A stretch of DNA of 64,000 bases from Octopus vulgaris. Lineage: Eukaryota. The notes under the pieces were generated by a model. The model ran no database searches. It was not told where the DNA came from and saw only the letters and a list, made by a program, of their open reading frames with translations. A program made the position numbers and the translations under genes. Every line of letters begins with the position of its first letter. Position 1 is the first letter of the stretch. The stretch is from NCBI GenBank assembly GCA_951406725.2, contig OX597821.1, positions 39,990,001 to 40,054,000 on the forward strand. The letters run 5' to 3'. This document shows positions 13,308 through 26,195 of the stretch, one piece after another.

Positions 13308-14400
13308 CAGAGAGAGAGAGGAAGAGAGTGAGAGATAGAGAGCAAGAGTTAACAAGAATAAGGGCAGAAACAGTTACCTAGAGAGAGAGTGGGAGTTAAG
13401 AAGAGGTGTGCTGCTGTGAAGAAGATACATGGTTACTCAGCCAGAGGAGAGAGCAAGGGAGAGAGAGAGAGAGAGAGAAAGAGAGCAGGGGCAGGATGGC
13501 AGCAAGTGCCAGGAACAGGGATTAAGGCAGCATAGATGGGATGGTAGAGTAAAGAAGAGGGAGATGAATTGAGGAAGCTACTGGCAGGGTACTGTCAAGG
13601 TGTCGTGAGTGGGGAGTGGGGGAATGCAATGCCTAGGGAGAATGTGGGGTATATAGCGGAGGAGATGATGGGGGAGCAGTGATGCAGTGAGTAGGGTAGT
13701 GAGGACTGGATTGAGGAGTGAGAGATAATCATAGTGTATGAAGGAGAAATGTGAGGAAGAGAAGAGAAGTACTTTGGGAAGGGAAGGGGGAGGGATGTAG
13801 TTTGGTTTGTCGGGGTAGGGGTGTGGGAGAGTTTTATTGTGGGACACAACGCTCCTAGAACTCAGGTTTGCTAACATGGGTGGGTCTTTTCCAGATCCTC
13901 ATATCACCAGCCATCTCAGATCAGTATCATTTCCTCTGTGAGTCCCTACATCCTGAGATCGGTCCGCATCACTTCATCCCACGTCTTCCTGGGTTTCCCT
14001 CTTCCACAGGTGCCATCCACTTTCAGTGACCAGCACTTCTTTAAACAGCTGTCTTCAGACATACGCGTCACCTGTCCAAACCAACATAGTCTCCTCTCTT
14101 GCATGCTGCATTTGATTCCTCTTATGTCCATCTCTTCTCACAACACATTTGCTCTTTGTCATTCATGTACATTGACACTGCACATTCAACAGAGTATACT
14201 GCCTTCATTTCTCTCTAGTCTGTGCATGCCCTCTGTATTCAGAGCCCATGTTACACTACCATGGAGTATAGCTGTTCATACACAAGCATCAAACAGTCTA
14301 CCTTTCACTCTGAGAGAGAGAGGAAAGTCCTTTTGTTGCCAACAGAGGTAGGAGCTCTCTGAACTTTCTCCACCTATTCGAGTTTTAGTGTATGAACACT
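12846..14400 (-). mobile_element. 5'-truncated RTE-clade LINE: RT C-terminus, long 3' UTR and (gat)n tail
   Basis: ORF 13946-14131 ERRLCWFGQVTRM...GRGKPRKTW is a typical RTE C-terminus; upstream residues resemble RLYDACVRTAMLHGSETW; 3' end equals the family C tail. Confidence 0.88.
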
Positions 14401-14709
14401 GCTAGATACTGACAAATGATGACAACTTAAAAGAGTAATGGGGAGAAACTGGACAGTTTCTGTGTTGCTTTTTTTTTTTTGCATAAGGTGTCCCTGTGTG
14501 TTCTTCTCACCACCAGTTATTATTTCAACGGTCGGTCGCTTGCCTCAGTATAAATCATTCTGAACTCTGTTTATCTTTGGTCAATGTGTTTTGCTGACAG
14601 AAATTTCTCTCTCTCTCTCTTTTTAACTGCATTTCTACTCTATGACTATAAATATCTTACAAAGAGTTCATTCAAATTAATGCTTACTATTTCTAGATAT
14701 TCCCCATGA

Positions 14710-14746
<37 letters not shown>

Positions 14747-16296
14747 GGTATACACACAGCTGCCTACAGTTATTTTTGGTTAACTTATTACCTTCTAAAG
14801 ACTTATGAGATGTTCTTAAGTTTAAAATGTTGTTATTATATTGGTTGAGTTTAGTCAGAAAACAGAAATAGTGAACTTTGACTTGCAGCTCCAAATAAAA
14901 TATAATGTTTTAAAATACTATTTTTGTTACCGAAATATGCAGCGCTGCCTTTCAGCCATCTATGATAAGCCTCATTTTAAAGAAGTGCTCTTTAACCCAT
15001 ATATTACTTTAGAGAATTTTTTTTGTTTTTTTCACAAAAAGACTTACTAAAGACTTACTAAAAAAAATATTTATATAATTCTTGAGAATCAGAGAAAAAA
15101 AGCAAACAAAATAAAATGACAAAACAAAATAGCAAAGTAATTCCTTTCCTTAAACATTACTCTGATATGTAAAAAAAAAAAGAAAAATCAATGCACGTTA
15201 GTCACGGGAAAATTCTGGATATTTTTATTTTGTTGAAGTTTTCCTTTCAAAAGTGTCACTGGTGCTTTTCTTTATGATATGTTTCTTTGCTGTGCTTACG
15301 TTAAAAAAAAAAAAAAATTATCTCTGAGAAAAATCTTAGCATTCTGAAGCTTTGCCATTACCTTTCACAGTAAAATTGTTTATAGCTGAAGTTTGTATGT
15401 TTTGCTACCAAACCATACTGTTTCTTACATCAAACGCTAGCCACTGCTTCAAAATGTTGCATTTATTTATTTATTTAGTTTATGTTCACTTTCTTTCCTT
15501 TGTTAGCAAACAAATGTACTTTCATAATTTGGCATATTCCTTTAATGTTGTTTAAACATTCATAACTGTACAGGGAACTAGAAAAAGTTTAAGAATGGAA
15601 TGTGGTTAGATAATGTGTGCAAGTATTACTTGCTTACCTGATAAACATATTGATTGATTCCTACCACATCCATAATTATATTGTCACTACTTTTCCAGTT
15701 AAATTATTTCCATGGCATATGAAAAAACCTAGCTGAGTCTAGTTTCCACATAAAGAAACTGGTATTCTCCAAAGACAGATTTAACCGAGTTAAAGAACCG
15801 TTTCAATTAATATAAAAACAAATAGACGCAATGACAAGTCACAAAAAGCATGGTTAATAGGGTGCTATACTACTAACCAAAGTTTGTATGTTTATATATT
15901 ACCATTAATTCTGCAGCCTCCGCCATCACTTATACGCTTTATGTGCTGCTAATTGCATCAACAACTCTGCAGATACTGTTTGGTGGTTTAGTTCACAGAC
16001 ATTGTAAAAGCAAGGAGTGTGTTTGCCTTGTTAACTCTTATTCAGCTTTTGGTTCAACACCTCATGGAGCTTAGAGGTAGTAAGTCTTTGCCATACTCAT
16101 TTATACTAAACTCAACACATGTAGAAGCAATCATTATTCGTTAATCTATAATCTAATGAATTAGGGAACTCACCAATTTATGGAGAATAGAAGAGATTTT
16201 ATGTTACCATGACAGCAAGCTGATTTTTTTTTGTGTTCTTTGGTGAGAAATGTATTTTTGCTTCAGTTTGATTAAATTGTGTTATGTGAGGTCTGA

Positions 16297-16718
16297 TTAA
16301 AGATAATAGCAGGATGGAGGACAAAGTGTGGTTAGTCATTCAGAAATGCACAAAACCTGTTAACTTCACTTAAACATTTATTATTTGGTGTCAACATTTT
16401 CTTCACACTAACTGCAACCTTGCAACTGACTCTTTTATGACTGGTCTGAGGTGAGGTTGTTGGTTAGCATACATCGGTTTCAGAGGTTTATCCTTCTATG
16501 CAAATCAGTTGTTCTAGATGTTATTGCCTGCTGGTCAATATATATACTGACCAATAGCTTCACTTCAAACTAGATGTAGAGAGGGACCATGTCAATGGCC
16601 AGGTTGCAATTAGTATGATGAAGATTTTGACAGCAATTAATGAACGTTTAATTACAGTTAACAATTTCTGTGTGGTTTTGAATAGTTAATAAGTGTTTTT
16701 CATGCTGCAATGGTTTAT
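16297..16718. mobile_element. Old palindromic MITE-like DNA element
   Basis: Long degenerate inverted arms (tgttaacttcacttaaacattt...cacactaactgcaacctt vs aggttgcaattagtatg...aacgtttaattacagttaaca). Confidence 0.65.
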
Positions 16719-17639
16719 TTTCAATTCATAATCTCAAACTCAATGGCTTGCCACACATGAACATCTCTGAAATTCAGATCAAGGAGACTCTGGACAGACT
16801 TGAAAATATTTTAAAGGTGTCATTAAAATATTTGAGGGGAAAAAATTATGGGATGGGAAGGAAATTATTTATTTAAATGAAAGCTTGAAAGTGTTAATAG
16901 ACATCAGGATGATTTGTGGCTTAACAAAGACTCCCTCTGTTGCAAAGCTGACTTTAATTTCTTTTAGTGGATAGTTTTAGGAGAACAGGCAATACTCTCT
17001 GCCATTTCATGTTCTTTGTACTAAAAAGAGAATGGTAATTATATAGTCGTTATGAGTAATGTTTAATTAGAAGTGTTGAAGGCTGTAATAGGAATAAAAT
17101 TATGAGAAGGCGAGAGACTGTGTGTAAATGCATCTAAGAATTAAAAGTATGAAGTTACAAGAACGAAGGATTGGATAAAGTGGTTAGCCTGATGAAGAGT
17201 TGCAGACATATTAAGGATGTTGGTAAAAGGATGGAGGTAGAAGGTTATGCAATCAGTTTTAAATATGTTCAGTTTGTGGGAAGGTTTTACTCGTTTCTCT
17301 GTTTCTGCACCTAAGATGAAAAAATATTTTCTGTGAAAAATATTGTATTTCCCTCAAAGTTGCTTTTTCAGAGTAGAAAGATCATTTTTGTTATCAAAAT
17401 CTACAATCTTTTTCATTTATTCTTGTCATTACAATGTTTGAAGTTCCAGATTGTAACATATGCACCATTGAAGACGTCAGCTTCTAACTTCAAGTAGTGT
17501 ATATTAAACAAAAGCCAGTGATTTTATAAAGATGTATGCTACTGTTTATATTGTGTTTGTTTCAAACTAAATACTTTGATTCAGGGTAGTATGCCAAGAG
17601 TTAGTCCAACTCCTTGAACTTATCCCTTTCTAAGCTTTG

Positions 17640-17690
17640 AAGTCTATGTTTTGCTGAGGAGGTCTAATGAGATTGAAACATGTCACTTAG
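17640..17690 (+). ncRNA. Degenerate hammerhead-like motif (decayed direct copy at 17931-17975)
   Basis: CTGAGGA ggtct aatg agatt GAAA catg TC; stem I is poor. Confidence 0.4.
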
Positions 17691-20600
17691 CTACTGTTCT
17701 CATCTTTTCCTCACATTTGTATTTCCAATGAAATTATTGATGCTTTACTTTAAATGACATCATCCCTACTTAACTGTCACTTTCCAATGCAGATGGCATT
17801 TCTGAGTAATTAACCTCAGCATTAGGTTTGTTTGTTTTCCCCTAATTATGCTAATTATCATGCTTCTTTGAGATATAATGATATAATCTTACTTAGTGAT
17901 TTGCTCATTTCCACTTGGTCAGTTCTGATAAAGTCTATGTTTTATTGAAGAGATCTAATAAAAGAGAAACATACCGAGAGTTTCTCTTACCAATGAGCTA
18001 ATGTTCTTTCATCATGACATTAATTATTCTAATTAAATATTTGATATTCTGCATTAAATTTATTGATCTAGTTAAATTTGAAGAGTAAGTTTAACACTAC
18101 AGTTCAACTGAGAATTGAACCTATAACTCTATGGAACTCACACCACTGCTTCTATGGGATATCATCCTACATTGTTTACTTTCCATTCAATATTAAAACA
18201 GAGTTCAATTACCAAGGTGATGCTATCCAACTTATATCAAAATTCTGTCTTTAATTAACTTCCCTCTTGAAGTAATGGTAAGTAACTGACATCTAATTCT
18301 AATTAACTTCTATTTAGTTTATTGTTGGTTAGCATTGATCTTCAAAGAATGATAGACTTGGTTTGCCTTGACCCAAACACCATGTAATAAATGTAACATT
18401 ACCAAACTCAGCACTGTAAAATTCTTCTGTCTGTTATGAATTCAAATTGTAACATTTGAATTTCAAATAAAAGCTGGATTTGAAACTATAGTAACAGTTG
18501 AGAAATTTGTTAAATTAGGTTTCTTATCACATCAAACATGATTTATAGTGTTTTTCTCGTCTAATCTATGATGTTTCCAATGTAATAGCGACATTAATTG
18601 AATGAGTGGCTAGATTATCACAGCAGACTGCAGTAATTGCACTGGCAGTGTAATTAGAAACTTACCAGTGATAGGGACTTAATTATTTTTCTTAATAATG
18701 GTTGCAAATGCCAGCCATTTATCAACTTTGCAATGAGACTTAACAAAAGTTTTGTTTCTCTGAGAAACTAATGTTTCGTTAGTGCCAACTATTGGTGTAG
18801 ACCAATGAGTTTTTGGGTGATACTGGTATATACTGCTTAATTATTGATAGTATTTTGGTATCTTAAAGGTTCGATAATTGATTTGTCTTAGTTAGAAGGT
18901 GTGATGGTTGTGGGAGATGTAGCTGTTAGGTGATATGGCTGTGTTCATAAAGCTAAATTCTTGTCTTGTGAAAATAAATTTCCAAATTTCATCAAAGAAA
19001 TTAATGACACACTCAGTGACATAAACATCTTGGTGAGGGAGGTTAACTTCATACAGGAAAACTAAGCTAATGGCTGTAGGTTCCCATCTTCTTGATGGTA
19101 CTGTGATATGTCAATAGCCGACATATTCAGAACTCAGTAACTCAGTCCACTTAACTAATATTAGGTACCACAACAGACTTTGTTAACATTGTGAAATCAA
19201 ATATTGCATTGTTGGTTTGCTGTTGTAAAATCAATAAATTTTTACAGTTTCTTCCACTGGAGAATATTTGTCTCTCACTTTTGTAAGATGTATACTGTAG
19301 TGAAACCTCATGCAGCAGGGCTACCTAAGCCTGAGAAACATCATCGTGAAATAAATAAAGTTCTACCATAGGTACAAGGTCAGATTCAGGGTTGAGTTAA
19401 ATAAAGCTATCAACCCCTGGAATGATGAAAGACAATATGAATGTCTACTGAATCCAAATTCAGAATGCAAAAGGGTTAAAAGTAAACAGAAAAAAGACAT
19501 TTTGTCAAATGTTCTAAACAAGTTGCCAACCTGCCACTCTCTATCATCATTTAACGTCCATATTTCGTGCTGGCATGGGTTGGACTCTTACACAACAACA
19601 ATAGTAATAGTAATGGTTTCTAATTTTTATACAAGGCCGGCAGTTTTTGAGGTGAGAGGGAAGTTCATTGCATCAGTCCCAGTTCTTAACACATCCTTAT
19701 TTCATCGATCCCAGAAGGATGAAAGAGAAAGTCAACCTTGGCGGAATTTGAACTCAAAACATAATATTGGACATTATTGTCCAGTGTACTAATGGTTTTG
19801 CTAGCTTGCCATTTTAATGATAATAAATTTTAAGGATTCAAAATTTCATACAAGACCAGCAATTTTGGAAGAGGTGGGGTAAGTTGAATAACCAACCCCA
19901 ATCTTCAACTGATTCTTATTTTGTCAAACCTGAAAGTGTGAAAGGCAAAGTCGACTTTAGGGGACTCTAATAATAATAATTAACAAACCTTATTCAGGGA
20001 CCTCTTGAGCAGAATGGGCTACTCAACCTGAAGAAAATTCTGAGCACCATGTTGTGCACATATGGTCGTGATGCATGTGCCTGGTGTACTCTGATCAGAC
20101 AAGAAGTCATGATGGGTATACTGGGCTTCATATATTTTACCCCAGTGTCACTTTGATGACATGCATTGCTCTCTCAATGATAGTAATAATAGTATTTTTT
20201 CCATTTATGCCTGACAGTACTTTGAAGGATATCGCAAGAGAATTGAATCACTCTTGGTACATAGTTAGTATTTATTTTTATAACACCAGAAGAATAGGAT
20301 TATGTAGAGAGGTGGGTATGAAGTTAACCTCCCTCACCATGCCTTATGCTATGGGATGAAGGGATTAAGTGAATAGAGAAGGTCCAGAACAGGGATAAAG
20401 AGAAGGAATAAAGAGAAGGTCCAGAACAGGTTTCCTGCAGTAGTGGGGAGGGGCTGCAAGGTTGCTCATATTATAAAAGAAAAAATGGATGTGGGCTGAG
20501 TTGAAGTGGAATGATAGATTAGACCAGCATTGACGAGGTGTCGGTGACTCCACAAGGCACTAGTTGAGTAAACTTGAGTGAGAACAAAATGGGAAGTGTG

Positions 20601-21005
20601 GATGGGTGAAGATTGCCTGAATGTATGATTACAGGTAGGGAATAGGTAAGAGGGCGAATACTATGAACAGGTGTCAAGGAATGATAAGTAAGGAAGGGAG
20701 GGAAACACTTTGTGGAAAATTATATGCTATAGATTGGTAAATTTTCTTTGGATAAATCCGTCTGTGTTTCTTCTCCACTTTTGTAACACAAAGTATCGAA
20801 TCTATGGATTATTGCTATTTCTGAAGAATTAACTATTAATTATTAATTAAAATATATCCGACAAGTGAAATTATTTTGATTAAATAATCAATATCTGTAG
20901 AGTTATTTAGAAACATTTAAACCATTTTTAAAACAGGAAATAGAGGCATTTTGCTTCAGGTTTTAATTATAGTCAACTTCAGCAAACATACATTCTCTCT
21001 ATCTC

Positions 21006-21053
<48 letters not shown>

Positions 21054-21645
21054 TCACTCTCTTTCTCAGCTATTATTACACTGACTTTTTGATATTTCTC
21101 AATTTTTGTGAAATGTAAATCATGAATCTTTTATTAGAATGATTCCATTCTTTGCAGATTTATTTAAATAGAAATCTTGTAAATGATTTAAAGCAAATCC
21201 ATTTTCTCAAATGAGAATTAGAAAGTATTCTTCTTAATCGTTTTATACCTTAACCTCTTCGCTCTTTACCATTTTTTCTCTCTTGGCACTGTCCATCTTT
21301 GGTATTGTTGTTGACAGAAGCTTTAAAATAAGTTATTTTAGCAAGCAACCAGTATTATTGGTTATGTAAGAATTTGGTGACATTTCCAGAGATTTAAGAC
21401 TGGTAGATATTGGCTGAAAATAACTTTCTTATATGTTCAGCTGTCATTGTCATTCAGTAAGCTGCCTTACTGGTAGGTAGGTATTGGGTTTAGAACCTTC
21501 CATAAAAAATGATGACGACTATGATGATGATAATGATGATGATGATGATGATGAGTAGGAGGAGGAGGAGGAGAATGGGGAAGAGGAAGATGTGGAAGTG
21601 GTGGTGGAGGAAGTTGGTACTGGTGGTTATTATTTCTTTTCGATG

Positions 21646-21848
<203 letters not shown>

Positions 21849-21854
21849 TCGCCT

Positions 21855-22183
21855 GACCCCCGTGCCGGTGGCACATAAAAGCACCATCCGCTCGTGTCCG
21901 TTGCTAGCCTCGCCTGGTCCCCGTGCCAGTGGCACGTAAAAGCACCATCCGTTTGTGGCCGTTTGCCAGCTCTGTCTGGCACCTGTGTGGGTGGCACATA
22001 AAAAGCACTCACTACACTCACGGAGTTGTTGGCGTTAGGAAGGGCATCCAGCTGTAGAAACACTGCCAGATCTGACTGGGCCTGATGAAGCCTTCCGGCT
22101 TCACAGACCCCAGTTGAACCGTCCAACTCATGCTAGCATGGAAAACGGACGTTAAATGATGATGATGATGATGATGATGATGA
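21855..22183 (+). mobile_element. Family C RTE-tail repeat, young copy
   Basis: Three gtgccNgtggcacRtaaaagcac modules, then ggcgttaggaagggcatccagctg...(gat)n. Confidence 0.88.
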
Positions 22184-22330
22184 TTATTATTATTCAGGTT
22201 ACTGCCTGGAATCAAACTTGGAATCTTGGGGTTAATAGCCCACGCTTTTAACCACTATGTCAGATGCCCATGGGCATATGGTGAAATTTCCCCAAGACAA
22301 CTGATGAAGGCTGGAGGGCATATCAGCCAA
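22184..22330 (-). mobile_element. Fragment of PLE terminal repeat spanning the inversion junction (tRNA-like cassette on minus, partial hammerhead on plus)
   Basis: Reverse complement of about 24420-24565. Confidence 0.85.
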
Positions 22331-22334
22331 GCGG

Positions 22335-22535
22335 CTTAACATAGAGGGGACAAACAAGGACAGACAAAGGGGTTAAGTCGATTACATCGACCCCAGTGCG
22401 TAACTGGTACTTAATTTATCGACCCCTATAGGATGAAAGGCAAAGTCGACCTCGGCAGAATTTGAACTCATAACGTAATGGCAAACGAAATAGGCATTTC
22501 ACCCAGCATGCTAACATTTCTGCCAGCTCGCCGCC
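22335..22535 (-). mobile_element. SINE family B
   Basis: Reverse complement of the 11619-11830 type. Confidence 0.85.
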
Positions 22536-23072
22536 TATTGCTACTGGTGGTTATGGCTGTTCCATGGTCTTCATTGCCTCCGCTTCATCATCCTCGTCAT
22601 CTCAGCTGACTCACAATTACTGACATACAGGAACAAAGTTTGTATGAGGTGGATGGAGGGTGTGGTTGTCCTGTTGACCTCTTTTACTCGAAATACTGAG
22701 ATAGGCTTATCTTGACACACACCATCTATAGCCTTTAGCCATTGCAGACAGAGAATGTAGGCCTCAAAGATTACAGTCACCAAATAACCATTATCACTTA
22801 TGAATTAAATAAAACTGGCAAAATTTGTGAAAATTCCATGAGCTTCAGGTGTAACTATTGGGATCTCTAGGTGTCTGTTGTAATCGCAATAGGAGTGAGG
22901 GAGGCAAATAGCAGGCAGGAGAGAGAGAGAAAGAGAAGAGGGAGAGGTGGATGGAAGAGGAAGTTTTAGCAAGTGTTAATTGAGGCAGTAACAGTGAAAG
23001 ATAGGGGAAAAAAAGGAACAAAAAAGAAACACAAATGAATCAGCGCAGACATATTCATGCACACACACACAT

Positions 23073-23130
<58 letters not shown>

Positions 23131-23494
23131 TAACAAAGCAACTCTGCTGAGAATAGATCTGGCAAAAGCTGTATCTTGGTTTTCATGCTGTCGTCTGGAT
23201 TAAATAATTGTTGGCCTGTCTAGTGGTTTGGAAACAAGGTTCCAAAGGATTCTTGTTGTTGTTAGTTTTTTTTTTCTGAGGTTAGAAAAAATGCTTTCAC
23301 TAATAATAATGGATAACTAATTTCCATGCACGACTTCTGTGATTCTTAAACAAGGAAAGAATGCTTTGATAACAAATCCCTAGTTTTGCCTTGTGTGTGA
23401 AACTTGGACTCGAATATGATATTAATGTCAGATAATGTAATCCATCACCATTATCATCATCATCATCATCATCGCCACCACTGTCACCACCACC

Positions 23495-23541
<47 letters not shown>

Positions 23542-24481
23542 TTAGCATCTGCTTCCCATGCTGACATGGGTTAGACACTTTGACTGAAACTGATAAGCCA
23601 GGGAGCGGCACCATTTTAGAATCTAATTTCACATGGTTTCTATAGCTGGATGCCCTTCCTAGCACCAATGCATGAATCTAAGTTTTCGAAACTAAATAAA
23701 TAAAAACTTCTCTGCTTCTTCTTTTCCATGGACCACCGTGTTATTTCATTGAGATGGAGTATTTCTTGATATACACAACATGGACACCTGAAGCTGTGGA
23801 AGAAGTCATCAATCTCAATTTACTCAGGTAAACTATTCATCAAACTTTTTCTATTTTTAAGGTAGCTCTTTCAGGTTTGAGCAGAATGGTTTTATTCTTC
23901 ATCGCAAAACTGATTTCATAACATTAAATGTTGTCAAAAATCAGAATGAACAGATTCAAAAGAAATCACTACTTCTGTGATTTCAAATTCTTCACTCAAA
24001 AATGTCAAAGTGATGTGTCAGTGCCTAGAATCTTTGATAAACTAAAAGTAAGGATGGACCAACATCTCAAACAAACAATTGTAAGATTTGTTTATTGAAG
24101 TATTCCGCACCCAACACCTTATCAAATTTATCAACCTGGCTTTTTAAGTTAAAATATTTTCTCCACTAGTATTAAAGTTTATTCTCAATAAGACTCATCA
24201 TAAGAACTTTGTGATATGTCTTAGGGTATTGGATTCTACTTTTGCTGCAACTTTTTCTGTTTTAGCAACAGCATTTAAATATTCAGTTTTGAATTACAGA
24301 TATAGAAGCAGTTTTTATTACAGTTCTATGTTCAAGAGATGAGGAATTATGTACATTATTTACATTATTTACATTTGATGGATATTTGTCCTCATCTTCT
24401 TTGTTGTTAACACAACATTTTGGCTGATATAGCCTCCAAGCCTTCATCAGGTGTCTTGGAGAAATTTCACCATATGCCCAT

Positions 24482-24556
24482 GGGCATATGACATAGTGGT
24501 TAAGAGCGTGGGCTACTAACCCCAAGATTCCGAGTTTGATTCTAGGCAGTAACCTG
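24482..24556 (+). promoter_or_regulatory. tRNA-like Pol III (A box/B box) cassette within the PLE terminal repeat
   Basis: tgacatagtggttaag (A box), ggg-ctactaa-ccc anticodon-like arm, gagtttgattc (B box). Confidence 0.65.
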
Positions 24557-24572
24557 AATAATAATAATAACA

Positions 24573-24638
<66 letters not shown>

Positions 24639-24685
24639 TTGAAAAATACCTTAGGAACGAGAACCCAGGTTTGAAATTTCCCCAA

Positions 24686-24731
24686 GACACCTGATGAAGG
24701 CTGGAGGGTATATCAGCTGAAACGTTGTGTT
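24686..24731 (+). ncRNA. Minimal type I hammerhead ribozyme
   Basis: gacac CTGATGA a ggctg...cagct GAAA cgtT gtgtt: intact core, stem I gacac/gtgtt, vestigial palindromic stem III (AACGTT). Confidence 0.8.
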
Positions 24732-25399
24732 AACAACAAACAAGATGAGGACAAATACTCGTCAAATGTAAATAATGTACATAATTCCTCATCCCTTAAA
24801 TATAGCACTGTTTTCTGCTCCTATAAATTAATACCAAAATGAGGGAAAAAATTAAAAACGTCTCTTGATCCTTCCTGTTGTTGCTACTTATCATCTCCTC
24901 GTGATTCTTTCAGCTCCCCACCACACCATATTTACCATCCATCACATATTCATTCTTGGTCCATTTGTCATAATCACCTCTGCCCCCCAGCCCCATCTCT
25001 AACCACCTATCACCCCTCATCTTACACTCTTAGGACCTTACCCACTCACCCTTCATAAAGTCCATATTCTCTCTGATATTTTCCCTCCTGTATTTTGAGA
25101 GTACACTCTGACATCTCATTGCCTTCTTCATATCTGCTTCCATCCACTCTTATGTCATAAGGAGTAACAAGACACCTGCAGCCTATTTCCTTTTTCATAA
25201 ATTAGACTCAACACTTGGCATAAATCCTAGACCCCCCCCCACTCCACTCTTTACTAAAACCTCTTCCAGTCAAAATGTCTTATTCTTTCTTTGTCTTTCA
25301 AGTTTCTTGGTGACATCAGTGGTGCTGGTGCCATGAAATTTGGCAGTTAGTTACACTCGGTAAGGTGGCTGACTTTGAAAAGGGCATTGGATCCCATCA

Positions 25400-25635
25400 T
25401 ACCTATTTCTTTACTACCCACAAGGGGCTAAACACAGAGGGGACAAACAAGGACAGACATAGGTATTAAGTCGATTACATCGACCTCAGTGCGCAACTGG
25501 TACTTAATTTATCGACCCCGAAGGGGTGAAAGGCAAAGTCGACCTCAGTGGAATCTGAACTCACAACGTAACGGCAGACGAAATACCGCTAAGCATTTCG
25601 CCCGGTGTGCTAATGTTTCTGCCAGCTTGCCACCT
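25400..25635 (-). mobile_element. SINE family B
   Basis: Reverse complement of 11619-11852. Confidence 0.88.
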
Positions 25636-25949
25636 TTCATACCATGCCATCAATGCCTGCATGGAAGCAAACTTTAAGTGATGATGATGACAATGGTGGT
25701 GGTAGTGGTGGTGATGGTGATGATGAAATCTAATTAGACAAAATAGGGGACATAAGAGAGAGAAAGAGAGAGAGAGAATTAGAGTAAGGAATATCTAAGA
25801 AGAAGTGGTAGGGTCAAGTCTGAGACTGTTTGACCATTCTCACACAAAGTTGGTGCGATAAGCTTTATATTCTGCTGCAGACTTGTCCAAATCATGACAT
25901 CATAAACCAAAAAACAGACATAAAAATCATTGGTAACATTGATTATGTA

Positions 25950-26195
25950 GATGATGATGATGATGATGATGACGACGACGACGACGATGATGATGATGAT
26001 GATGAGGATAAGGATGATAAGGATGAAAGGGGGATGAGGATGAGATGAGGATGATGATGATGATGATAAGGATGAAATAGTGATGAGGACAATGATGATG
26101 ATGATGATGATGACGATGGCGACGACGATGACGATGGTGGTGATGATAAGGATGAAATGGTGATGAGGACGAGATGAGGATGATGAGGATGACTA
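25950..26195. repeat. (GAT/GAC/GAG)n low-complexity tract
   Basis: Directly visible. Confidence 0.9.

Larger units (their letters stand above)
24320..24811 (+). mobile_element. ORF-less PLE-derived element: inverted partial terminal repeat plus full terminal repeat
   Basis: 24320-24468 is the reverse complement of 24673-24811; the sequence matches the 3' end of the PLE at 50014-51180. Confidence 0.88.

Noticed and set aside
18666-18760. Possible minus-strand exon bounded by ctcag and gtaagt
   Set aside because: The short open frame has no recognisable domain and is expected by chance in 64 kb.
23754-23827. Possible exon MEYFLIYTTWTPEAVEEVINLNLL with a cag|gtaaac donor
   Set aside because: Weak acceptor, no recognisable protein similarity and no partner exons.
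24482-24556. Functional tRNA gene (ACT anticodon)
   Set aside because: Acceptor and T stems pair poorly, the anticodon varies between copies (ACT, GTT, ATT), and it is always embedded in the PLE repeat.
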